Shown here in pieces: positions 41,601 to 50,228 of a DNA stretch of 64,000 nucleotides. The position numbers and the translations under genes are program-made. A model generated the notes under the pieces. It was not told where the DNA came from and ran no database searches. It was given only the letters and a program-made list of their open reading frames with translations. The stretch's first letter is position 1, and the number at the start of each line of letters is the position of its first letter. Source of the stretch: an uncultured Verrucomicrobiales bacterium (lineage in GTDB: Bacteria > Verrucomicrobiota > Verrucomicrobiia > Limisphaerales > UBA1100); contig CAJWVY010000001.1 in the NCBI GenBank assembly GCA_913048135.1, forward strand, positions 4,245 through 68,244. The letters are read 5' to 3'.

Positions 41601-42907
41601 TCCAAATCCGTGGCCCACAAGCACTTCAGGGACTCAAGGCGCTGGCTGCGGCCGATAAACCGGCGGGCACTCGTCAGGCGGCAGCGCGCGCGCTCGGGCG
41701 CATGAACCTGAAAGGATCGTTGAATGAAATCTTTGCCGTGCTGCGTGACAGCAAGGATGACAATGCCGCCCTCGAGCTATGGCGGAGTTTGCTTAATACC
41801 CGGGGCGCCGGGGGCGTGCTGGCTGCCGGCGTGGCTGGGGCGCAATTGCCCAAGCTGGTGGCCAATGCCGGTCTGCGCGCCGCACGCGAAGGTGGGCGCA
41901 ATGAGAAAGGTCTCGTGGAGGCACTCGCGCGTTCTCAAAACATTTCTCTGCTGACCCAGCAAATGAACGCCGAACAGCTCAAGGCTTTGGCGGCTCGAGC
42001 GATGAAGGAAGGCGATCCGTTTTCTGGCGAGAAGGTGTACCGCCGACAGGCCTTGGCCTGCACAGTATGCCACGCCATCGGCGGCGCGGGCGGCAAGGTG
42101 GGGCCGGACTTCACCTCCATTGGCGCCAGCGCGCAGCCAGATTACCTGATCGAATCGATCCTCTACCCCAATCGCAAGATTAAGGAGGGCTATCATTCGG
42201 TGGTGGTGGAAACCAAGGACGACCGATCGCTGGTGGGCGTGCAGGTCAGTGAAACCGGATCGGAAATTGTGCTGCGCGATGCGGCGGATAAACTGGTGTC
42301 GATTCCGCGCAATCAGGTGAAGCGCAAGATCAACGGGCAATCGTTGATGCCGCCCGCCTTGATCCTGAGCCTGACCGAGCAGGAGCAGCTCGATCTGTAC
42401 CGCTTCCTCGCCGAACTCGGCAAGGCTGGGCCGTTTGACGCCACGAAGACTGGCGTGGCGCGAACCTGGCGTCTCTTGCCTGGCACTCATCGCGTGGAAC
42501 AGTACGGCATTGAGAAAATTGTGCAGGAAGGCTTTGAGAAAAAGTGGTCGAACCACGTGCTCGGCGCCGGCAACAACGCCGGTTGGAAGCTGCTGCCCGC
42601 CCGCGTGAACGGCGATCTGCCGGCAGAGGATATTACTGAACTTACCGCCGTGGGGCGGCATGTCGGTCTCGTGCACGTATTTGCCGGCACCTATTTCGAG
42701 AAACAAAAAGCCGGTGACGTGACCTTTAAGTTGCCCGCTGGCGTGAAGGCCGATGCTTGGATTGACGGCAAACCGCTCGGACGCGCGAATGCGTTTACGG
42801 CCGAGGTCGTTGCTGGTAAACATCGGATGGTCTTACGACTGGATGCCAAGGCGTTGCCTAAGGCGCTCCGTCTCGAGTCGGACAGCGTCGTATTCCTAAA
42901 TGAATAG
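38615..42907 (+). CDS. Exported 1430-aa fusion: SGNH hydrolase + PVC-type (membrane-bound) dehydrogenase propeller + HEAT repeats + CxxCH heme-binding domain + unassigned C-terminal domain
   Basis: Signal peptide, with FLGDTLIE...GWSGDT (SGNH). FDPQGRLWVATS...TGDGRADK...NGDGKADE...GHDGRLYF is propeller-like. HEAT-like DARVRAAAMRVLA/HPRVRLEAMRVYA. CTVCH at nt 42059-42073. Resembles the TIGR02604/TIGR02603 families as I remember them. Confidence 0.7.
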   Translation: MRTVLTLLILLTGITGNARERAFELKDGDRVAFLGDTLIERMQVHNHLELRLTTAWPDRNITFRNLGWSGDTPRGVSRAGLSLQQAGREPADEGWKQLQKQITLVKPTVVFLGYGMASSFENQPEQFGQDMRALKAAVRKAAGGPIRFVVLSPLRHEQLGGSLPDPAVHNRQLAAYSKELQTMAAADGDLFVTLFNADPLVNAKPALTENGIHPVDSGYARVAAEICAQLGVPAHPRLKSPAAIQLRTVIARKNQLFFDRSRPQNMAYIFGFRKHEQGNNAVEIPRFDPLVIAQEKEIAARRDLKLKPAPNVPVPEKPIRNPQPLPEFDTAEGVEISLFAENPSLAKPIQMNFDPQGRLWVATSEVYPQVKPGQVANDKIVVLQDTTGDGRADKTEIFAEGLFIPTAIEPGDGGCYVGQSTELLHFKDTNGDGKADEKRIVLSGFGTEDTHHTLHTLRWGHDGRLYFNQSIYIRSHLETPHGVVRLKSGGIMWLRPDTQEAGIQYRGWCNPWGHHFNRHGQSFVTDGAGFQGISYAIPGAMYFTYAGGRRIMESASPGNFPKFAGLEIVDGPQFPKEYQGQAITCDFRAHRIVRFNLSENGAGYAAEHLGDFIRSSSASFRPIDVKQGPDGALYIADWSNPIIQHGEVDFRDPRRDKVHGRIWRVTFKGQPKKKARDLTEQNNTALMDLLLTQDAYDQAQARRVLHERGQGILPDLKQWLARHGENETAQMEALWLHEAVNVVNASLLMLTLEANDARVRAAAMRVLAHWHDRLTTTQLHAAAGIRDKHPRVRLEAMRVYAEMKESTTAHQNAQFALQALDQPMDKFLDYGLWLTMNDLAEPFVRGMQNGALNFKGKPAQAAFALRSLEPARASQLIGQLVQQRKLPANGDSPLIELIGEAGGPGELSTLFKQLRADGFETQVHDRVLMALSRAAYLRNARPAGDLSGLGDYLKSNDEAIRTAAIQLAGEWKRSELVAPLLVIAAEGESTAFDSLIQIRGPQALQGLKALAAADKPAGTRQAAARALGRMNLKGSLNEIFAVLRDSKDDNAALELWRSLLNTRGAGGVLAAGVAGAQLPKLVANAGLRAAREGGRNEKGLVEALARSQNISLLTQQMNAEQLKALAARAMKEGDPFSGEKVYRRQALACTVCHAIGGAGGKVGPDFTSIGASAQPDYLIESILYPNRKIKEGYHSVVVETKDDRSLVGVQVSETGSEIVLRDAADKLVSIPRNQVKRKINGQSLMPPALILSLTEQEQLDLYRFLAELGKAGPFDATKTGVARTWRLLPGTHRVEQYGIEKIVQEGFEKKWSNHVLGAGNNAGWKLLPARVNGDLPAEDITELTAVGRHVGLVHVFAGTYFEKQKAGDVTFKLPAGVKADAWIDGKPLGRANAFTAEVVAGKHRMVLRLDAKALPKALRLESDSVVFLNE

Positions 42908-44093
42908 CCGTCGCCGCCGCATGTTTTTTCTAGTTTTTGCATCTGTATTACTGATCACCTACACGTGGGTAGGCTGGCGACTGATCCGGCCGCTGGAGGT
43001 CGGCTCCGCTTGGCGTTGGGTGGTGGTCGGATTGTTGGCCGGGCACTTCATTTCCGTCTTTGTCAGCTTCGCCATCCTGCGCAGCCTTGGCCCGGGCGGT
43101 TGGGCCGGTCCCTTGTATTGGGTGGCCTACGGCGGTATGGGACTGTTCTCGCTGATCTTTACCGGCATGGTGGCAATGGAACTGGGCGTGTTGGGTGTGC
43201 GCTTGGCGGAGCGGGGGCAGGAAACAAAGCGCGTGCCGGAAGATCCGGAACGCCGACGGTTTTTCAATCAAACCGCCAACCTTGGTGTCTTGGGCGTGAC
43301 TGCCGTGGCTGGAGCGTTCGGCGTATGGCGCGCACGCCGGCATCCTTCAGTGGTGGCCGTGGAGGTGCCCATTGAAAATTTGCCAGCCGAGTTGGAGGGC
43401 TACCGTATCGCGCAAATTTCCGATCTGCACCTGGGACCGACGTTGTCCGGCGCGTTCATGCGCCGCGTGGTGCAATCAGTGAACGGGCTCAAGCCGGATA
43501 TGGTGGCGGTGACCGGTGATTTAGTGGATGGCTCCACCGAACATCTGGCCAAACACGTGGAGCCGCTCAGGGATTTATCCAGTGCGGATGGCACGTTTTT
43601 TGTGACCGGTAATCACGAGTATTATTCCGGCGCAGAACCGTGGTGTCGCACGCTGTCCGAGCTGGGATTGAATGTTCTGAACAATGCCCATTCCATCGTC
43701 CGCCGCGGCGCGGCCAAGCTGATGGTGGCGGGCGTGAATGATTATCGAGCGCACAAAATTTTGCCGGCACACCGATCCGATCCGGCGGCTGCGGTCGCCG
43801 GTGCGCCGGAGTGCGATGCCCGCGTGTTGTTGGCGCATCAACCCGGTTCCTGCCTAGATGCCCGTGAACAGCAATTTGATCTTCAACTTTCCGGCCACAC
43901 GCATGGTGGCCAGTTTTTCCCGTGGAATTTTGTTGTAGGCCGATTTCATCCCTTCTATCGCGGCCTAAATGCCTGGCAAAAAGGCTGGGTGTATGTGAAC
44001 CCCGGTACAGGTTATTGGGGGCCGCCCATGCGGATCGGCGTGGAATCGGAAATCACTTTGCTAACCCTGAAGCAAAAGACTGACCGTAGCTGA
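42900..44093 (+). CDS. Membrane-anchored calcineurin-like metallophosphoesterase (YkuE/YaeI-like)
   Basis: N-terminal TM helices, then ISDLHLG, VTGDLVDG, GNHEYY, SGHTHGGQ. Overlaps the preceding gene by 8 nt. Confidence 0.85.
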   Translation: MNSRRRRMFFLVFASVLLITYTWVGWRLIRPLEVGSAWRWVVVGLLAGHFISVFVSFAILRSLGPGGWAGPLYWVAYGGMGLFSLIFTGMVAMELGVLGVRLAERGQETKRVPEDPERRRFFNQTANLGVLGVTAVAGAFGVWRARRHPSVVAVEVPIENLPAELEGYRIAQISDLHLGPTLSGAFMRRVVQSVNGLKPDMVAVTGDLVDGSTEHLAKHVEPLRDLSSADGTFFVTGNHEYYSGAEPWCRTLSELGLNVLNNAHSIVRRGAAKLMVAGVNDYRAHKILPAHRSDPAAAVAGAPECDARVLLAHQPGSCLDAREQQFDLQLSGHTHGGQFFPWNFVVGRFHPFYRGLNAWQKGWVYVNPGTGYWGPPMRIGVESEITLLTLKQKTDRS

Positions 44094-44172
44094 TCGCACG
44101 GGCTAGATTGGTGACTGCCGAGGGATTGTCCTAATGAGTACAATTCAATCGCGATATCCGAATGATTCTCGC

Positions 44173-45291
44173 CTAAAGAGTTACGACTTTGTGTTCGGCG
44201 TTTGATTGCAGGGCGGCCTGCCACAGCTCGTGGCTGGCCACCGCTTCCTCCACCATCGCGCAGCCAAAACGATCGCCCAAGGCCCCGGCGCGTTCGGCGG
44301 CAAAGGCAGCCCACATCTGCAGATTGTAATCCGGAAAACCCGCCTCGAAGATGCCGCCAGTGATCACCGGGAACGTCATGGCGTGGCCGAGATTTAGGCG
44401 ATTCCAGCTCTGGCCGTTTTGGCGGTTGAACAGGAAAATCGAGTTGGCGTCCGCCGTGTTAAAGCGCACGCCGCCTTCGGTGCCAAGCGCCTCGAAGTAC
44501 CACGAGTTGGTTTGGCCCGGCGCCATGCGCTTCTGTTCCAGCCGCAACGGCACAATGTCACCATCGATTTCCACATCGCAATTCAAGGTTGCATTGTCCC
44601 ATGTATCGCAAGTGGATTGGCCGCCCTGTCCGTCGGGGCGTTCGGGATAACCCTTTTGCAACTGCGCAAACACGCGCTGCGGTTTCCAGCCGAGCCGAAA
44701 GGGGATGTGGACGGTATGCAAGCCGAGATCGCCCATCACGCCGATCTCACCGCAGGTGGTGGACTGGCGTTTCCAGTTGGCGGCCTTGGTGGGGTCGAGA
44801 TCGCTGCTGTGCAGAAAACCAGCCCGCACCTCGAGCACACGGCCCAACGCGCCGGATTGCACATACTGAAACGCACGCTGTGCGCCGGGAGCAAAAGGGA
44901 ATTCCGAACTGCATCGCACAAACCGCCCGCTGGCTTCAGCGGCCTCACGAATACGCCGGGCGGCGGCGAGGTCGATGCCAAAGGGTTTCTCGGCGAGTAG
45001 ATCCTTGCCTGCCGCGAGCACATCGCAATACAGCGTCTCATGCAAATGATGTGGCACGGCGACATAGACCGCATCCACATCGTCCCGCGCAAGCAACGCG
45101 CGATGATCCTGCGTGCGCAGTTGTACGGTGGGCACTTGGGCAAACCACTCCAGCAACTCCTCACGCAGATCGCACACCGCAACGAGCTCGGCGCGCACGG
45201 GGAAATTTTCCAGCGCAAACCAACGCCCGAAACAAGCCGCCGCCTCCCGCCCCATCAGGCCGCCACCAATGATCCCGATGCGCAGGCTCAT
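44173..45291 (-). CDS. Gfo/Idh/MocA family NAD(P)-dependent oxidoreductase
   Basis: Start set at ATG 45291 (MSLRIGIIGGGLMGREAA Rossmann motif), with an ATGA overlap on the upstream stop. EKPFG motif. The track ORF (to 45639) is an out-of-context extension. Confidence 0.82.
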   Translation of the reverse strand: MSLRIGIIGGGLMGREAAACFGRWFALENFPVRAELVAVCDLREELLEWFAQVPTVQLRTQDHRALLARDDVDAVYVAVPHHLHETLYCDVLAAGKDLLAEKPFGIDLAAARRIREAAEASGRFVRCSSEFPFAPGAQRAFQYVQSGALGRVLEVRAGFLHSSDLDPTKAANWKRQSTTCGEIGVMGDLGLHTVHIPFRLGWKPQRVFAQLQKGYPERPDGQGGQSTCDTWDNATLNCDVEIDGDIVPLRLEQKRMAPGQTNSWYFEALGTEGGVRFNTADANSIFLFNRQNGQSWNRLNLGHAMTFPVITGGIFEAGFPDYNLQMWAAFAAERAGALGDRFGCAMVEEAVASHELWQAALQSNAEHKVVTL

Positions 45292-45659
45292 TGGGATCCC
45301 TTTTGTTGTGGCAGAAAACGAATGGAGAGTGGGTAGGCGTACAGTTTGCCTTGGGCGGATTCGTAGGCGCCGCGCAGGATGAAGAAGATATTCAGGTACG
45401 CCCAAACCCGCAGGAGCAGCCCGACCGGCACGGCGAGGGCATCCACCTTGCCGAGCAGAAACAGCACGACAAAATAGAGCGTCATGGCGAGTTGGAAATT
45501 TAGCACGGCCCGGCCGTGTTGGTCGGTGGAAGCGGAGGTGTTTTTGCGGATCAACCAGACAATTAACGGGCCAAAGACATTGGCCACGGGGATTTTTATC
45601 AGCAACGCCAATGCGGCCAGATGACAGCCCGTTTCCCATGCCCGATCCTGTTCAGCCAC
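45288..45659 (-). CDS. DUF4870-like small membrane protein
   Basis: CHLAALALLIKIPVANVFGPLIVWLIRK...HGRAVLNFQLAMTLY resembles DUF4870. The ORF is open to 45767. The probable start is GTG 45659 (read as MAEQDRAWETGCHL), judged from the family N-terminus as I recall it. Confidence 0.6.
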   Translation of the reverse strand: MAEQDRAWETGCHLAALALLIKIPVANVFGPLIVWLIRKNTSASTDQHGRAVLNFQLAMTLYFVVLFLLGKVDALAVPVGLLLRVWAYLNIFFILRGAYESAQGKLYAYPLSIRFLPQQKGSQ

Positions 45660-45758
45660 GGCGCAGGGTAGGCTGGCGTGTGGAGCCAAGTCAACTGTGG
45701 GTAAGTGGAGGTTGACGGAATTAGCAGGCAACGGTCTGATAGGGGTCAGGAGGTAAGG

Positions 45759-46058
45759 ATGGATCAATTCAAAAAGAAACTCGTGGTGGTACTGGCGTTC
45801 ACCTTTTTGTTCGCCGGTGAGGTAAACGCAAACCCAGCCGGATCCGGCAAGGACGCTCCAGCAATTATTGCCGATGTATTCATCTGCCGGCCGCTCGGCC
45901 TAATGGCACTCACCGGCGGCAGTGCTTTGTATGTGCTTACCCTGCCATTCACCGTGCCCGCCAAGGGCAAGGAGGCTGCTAAGCGCACGTTGGTACTGTT
46001 CCCGTACCACTACACGTTCACCCGCCAACTGGGTGAGTTTCATGATGACGATTTATAA
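45759..46058 (+). CDS. Small exported hypothetical protein
   Basis: ATG 45759 preceded by AGGAGG. MDQFKKKLVVVLAFTFLFAGEVNA signal peptide. 99 aa with no assignable domain. Confidence 0.6.
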   Translation: MDQFKKKLVVVLAFTFLFAGEVNANPAGSGKDAPAIIADVFICRPLGLMALTGGSALYVLTLPFTVPAKGKEAAKRTLVLFPYHYTFTRQLGEFHDDDL

Positions 46059-46794
46059 AACCGTATTCATGTTCGTCGCGTTCACCTGCGTGGCTCGGGC
46101 ACAGGAAGTGCCTGCATTTGGGCCTGTTCAATTGCCCAACACCGAGGCGTTGTACCAGCAATTGCTGCGGTCCAACATTGAGGGGATCGGCAAGTTTTAC
46201 ATGGGTCGGCAAATTTCCCACGTGATGGGGCATCAGGGCGCGGCTTGGCTGGAACGCCCGGAACGTGAGCGGGAGGAAAATACTGCTGAACTCATCCAGT
46301 GCCTGAAGCTCAAGCCCGGCGATCAAGTGGCCGATATTGGCGTGGGTACCGGCTACATTGCGCGCCGCATGGCGAAGCTGATCGGTCCGCAGGGCACTGT
46401 GCACGGGGTGGATATCCAGCCGGAGATGCTGGAGTTGCTCGAGAAGAACATGAAAAAGCTCGGGCTCAACAACGTTAAAGGCGTGCGTGGCACTATCAGC
46501 GATCCTCGGCTCAAAGCCAATTCGCTGGACTTCGTGATCATGGTGGATGTGTACCACGAATTTTCCCATCCCTACGAGATGATGGCCGGCATTGTGAAAG
46601 CCCTCAAACCGGGCGGTCGCGTGGCCTTTGTTGAGTATCGGGCGGAAGACCCCAAGGTCCCGATCAAACGTCTGCACAAGATGAGCGAGGCTCAGGTGAA
46701 AAAAGAAGCCTCCCTCTTTCCCCTCAAGCATGTGCAGACCTACAAAAAACTCCCGTGGCAGCACGTGGTGTTTTTTGAAAAGTTGACCGAGTAA
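46042..46794 (+). CDS. Class I SAM-dependent methyltransferase with N-terminal signal-peptide-like segment
   Basis: Start set at ATG 46042 (MMTIYKTVFMFVAFTCVARA/QE). SAM motif I VADIGVGTGY, and post-I/II blocks VHGVDIQ and LKPGGRVAF. Confidence 0.75.
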   Translation: MMTIYKTVFMFVAFTCVARAQEVPAFGPVQLPNTEALYQQLLRSNIEGIGKFYMGRQISHVMGHQGAAWLERPEREREENTAELIQCLKLKPGDQVADIGVGTGYIARRMAKLIGPQGTVHGVDIQPEMLELLEKNMKKLGLNNVKGVRGTISDPRLKANSLDFVIMVDVYHEFSHPYEMMAGIVKALKPGGRVAFVEYRAEDPKVPIKRLHKMSEAQVKKEASLFPLKHVQTYKKLPWQHVVFFEKLTE

Positions 46795-46801
46795 TCCGTT
46801 C

Positions 46802-47131
46802 ATGAGCCCGGAACGCCAGGCCTATTTCCGCGGTAAACTGCTCGGACTGCAGGCGGACATCGAAGACGATCTCAATGCCAGCAAATCCGCTTCCGATGTG
46901 GTGGAGCTGGATACCGCCATCGGCCGCCTCTCCCGCATGGACGCCATGCAGGATCAGCAAATGGCCCTTGAGCTGCGGCGCCGTCAGGAGCTGCAACTTC
47001 AGCGCATAACCAATGCCCTTAAGCGCGTCAAAAATGGCACCTACGGTCAGTGCGTTCGCTGTCGGAAACCCATTCCTGAGGAGCGTTTGGAACTGGCTCC
47101 GGATGTGTTTCTTTGTGTGCGGTGTGCATAA
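46802..47131 (+). CDS. DksA/TraR family C4-type zinc-finger protein
   Basis: Coiled-coil N-terminus, then CVRCRKPIPEERLELAPDVFLCVRC (CxxC-x17-CxxC). Confidence 0.8.
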   Translation: MSPERQAYFRGKLLGLQADIEDDLNASKSASDVVELDTAIGRLSRMDAMQDQQMALELRRRQELQLQRITNALKRVKNGTYGQCVRCRKPIPEERLELAPDVFLCVRCA

Positions 47132-47160
47132 AAAAAGCGGCAAGCGTTACGCTTACCGCT
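47130..47160. terminator. Hairpin between convergent dksA-like gene and eno; the A-tract on + gives a U-tract for the eno transcript
   Basis: AAAAAAA (47130-47136), with AGCGGCAAGCG (47136-47146) / CGCTTACCGCT (47150-47160). The stem is 11 bp with one C-A mismatch and a 3-nt loop. Confidence 0.6.
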
Positions 47161-47178
47161 TCGGTGATTGTTCAGCCC

Positions 47179-48498
<1,320 letters not shown>

Positions 48499-48513
48499 TC
48501 AAGGCGGGAGGGC

Positions 48514-48810
48514 CTAGATGTAGACATTCAGTCCGGGGCGAAACGGCCCCACACCGGCGTTTACCTGATGTTGAGCATAGACCAATACCGGATTACCTCG
48601 ATCCACAAATGGCCGCAGACCGAGGATAGCGTTGTGCGTGCCGGGTTGTGGTTTCGCCATGTTGACATGATGATATCCGTAACGTTGATCCATGGAGGAG
48701 GGCAAGGCCTGCGCGCTCCTGCTGCCGGGAAAGCGCAAGGTGCGAAAGGACATCATCCGAAAGCTATGCGAGCTTCCCAGTCCGCCGGTGATGGATTGCA
48801 GGGCGGTCAT
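48514..48810 (-). CDS. Questionable small ORF (98 aa) in the eno-upstream gap
   Basis: It is the only sizeable same-strand ORF in the 378-nt gap between the DAACS transporter and eno. I recognise no motif. It could be non-coding. Confidence 0.25.
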   Translation of the reverse strand: MTALQSITGGLGSSHSFRMMSFRTLRFPGSRSAQALPSSMDQRYGYHHVNMAKPQPGTHNAILGLRPFVDRGNPVLVYAQHQVNAGVGPFRPGLNVYI

Positions 48811-48831
48811 TCTGTTGGGGCCTGAGGGGAA

Positions 48832-50136
48832 TCATGCGTTCGGAGCCGGAGTGGGATCCAGTTGTTTCTCCGAGGCGGCGATTACGGCCGTCACCGCAGC
48901 ATCTCCCGTAACGTTCACCGCAGTGCGGCACATGTCAAGAATCCGGTCTACGCCAAGGATCAGAGCAATGCCTGCCGCAGGCACATTAATCGCTTCCAGT
49001 ATGATAATCAGCATCACAATTCCCGCTCCCGGCACGGCCGCGGTGCCTACCGAGGCCAGTACGGCGGTGAGCACAATGGTGATCTGCGCGCCAGTGGTGA
49101 GATCAATTCCGCTGGCTTGCGCGATAAACACTGCCGCCACAGCCTGATACAGAGCTGTGCCGTCCATATTGATGGTCGCGCCGAGCGGGAGGACAAACGA
49201 GCTGACTTCTTTGGAGACGCCCAATTTTTCCTCCGCGCACTTCATAGTCACCGGCAGAGTGGCACCGCTGCTACTGGTGGAAAAGGCCAGCAACTGCGCT
49301 TGGCCAATGCTCCGGAAAAAACGTGGGATTGTAAGTGGCGTGAACGTTTTCAACAGGCCGAGGTACACAATGCAGGCATGAAGCAGCAGGCCGATGATCA
49401 CGGCCAAGCAATACCAGGCAAGAGAACTGAGGAGGGAGAGGATTTGACTGGGATCTTCGCCGGCCATGTTGGTGATGGTGCTGGCGATCAACGCGAATAC
49501 ACCGATTGGCGCAAAGAGCATGATGAGGAACGTGATCCGGATCACCAGTTCTTGCAGTCCACTGATGACCTCGAAAACTGGCCGTCGTTTCTCTTCGCGC
49601 ACCTGCACTAAGGCGATGCCGGCTAGTAGACTGAAGAACACAATCTGCAGCATGTTTCGGTTGCTGCTGGCGGAGCCGAAAAAATTATCGGGCACCATGT
49701 CGATTAACGGCTGTAGCGGCCCGCGTTCCTTTACAGTCTCGGTGGCTTCCTGACGTTTTGTGGCATCGGCTTGATACTTGGCTTCCAGCTGCGCCTTGGT
49801 CTCATCGGGTAACCGGTCGCCGGGCTTGATGGCATTTACCACGAGCAGGCCGATGGTCACCGCCACGGCCGTGGTGGCGAGGTACAGCCCAATGGTTTTG
49901 CCTCCCATGCGGGAGAGTTTTTTGAAATCTGACAACGAGGCTACTCCGCAGATCAGCGAGGTAATCACCAGCGGCATGGCGATCAGCTTGAGGAGGTTCA
50001 GGAAGATCGTTCCGAACGGGGCGACCCAGTCCGCCGTGAATTGCCCCCAGCCATTTTGGGCGGCCACCACGCCGAAGAGCGTGCCCAAGGCCATGCCAAT
50101 GAGGATTTGCCAATGTAACTGCTTATACCATGCCAT
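48832..50136 (-). CDS. Dicarboxylate/amino acid:cation symporter (DAACS, GltP/DctA-like)
   Basis: 434-aa polytopic protein. MAWYKQLHWQILIGMALG..., LPLGATINMDGTALYQ and AASIGTAAVPGAG-like (SVGTAAVPGAG) motifs. Confidence 0.85.
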   Translation of the reverse strand: MAWYKQLHWQILIGMALGTLFGVVAAQNGWGQFTADWVAPFGTIFLNLLKLIAMPLVITSLICGVASLSDFKKLSRMGGKTIGLYLATTAVAVTIGLLVVNAIKPGDRLPDETKAQLEAKYQADATKRQEATETVKERGPLQPLIDMVPDNFFGSASSNRNMLQIVFFSLLAGIALVQVREEKRRPVFEVISGLQELVIRITFLIMLFAPIGVFALIASTITNMAGEDPSQILSLLSSLAWYCLAVIIGLLLHACIVYLGLLKTFTPLTIPRFFRSIGQAQLLAFSTSSSGATLPVTMKCAEEKLGVSKEVSSFVLPLGATINMDGTALYQAVAAVFIAQASGIDLTTGAQITIVLTAVLASVGTAAVPGAGIVMLIIILEAINVPAAGIALILGVDRILDMCRTAVNVTGDAAVTAVIAASEKQLDPTPAPNA

Positions 50137-50228
50137 GCGGGCGGCAGTATGCGGGCGGGTGTGCCGTCAAAAAAGGGCAAAAATCTTGTGTAGAAGCCGT
50201 TTTCTCGCCATAGTCCCGCCCCTTTTTG

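Noticed and set aside
41777-42823. 348-aa minus-strand ORF inside the 1430-aa gene; also 38969-39583 and 39884-40657
   Set aside because: They are antisense to a long continuous ORF with recognisable domains (HEAT, CxxCH). Composition is typical of a reverse frame.
50137-50228. Looked for a lysine/threonine riboswitch, T-box or leader peptide upstream of hom-thrC-lysC
   Set aside because: The spacer is only about 90 nt and shared with a divergent gene. I saw no conserved riboswitch-like helices and no Thr/Ile-rich leader ORF. A TTGTGT-17-CATAGT match is too close to the start codon to be convincing.
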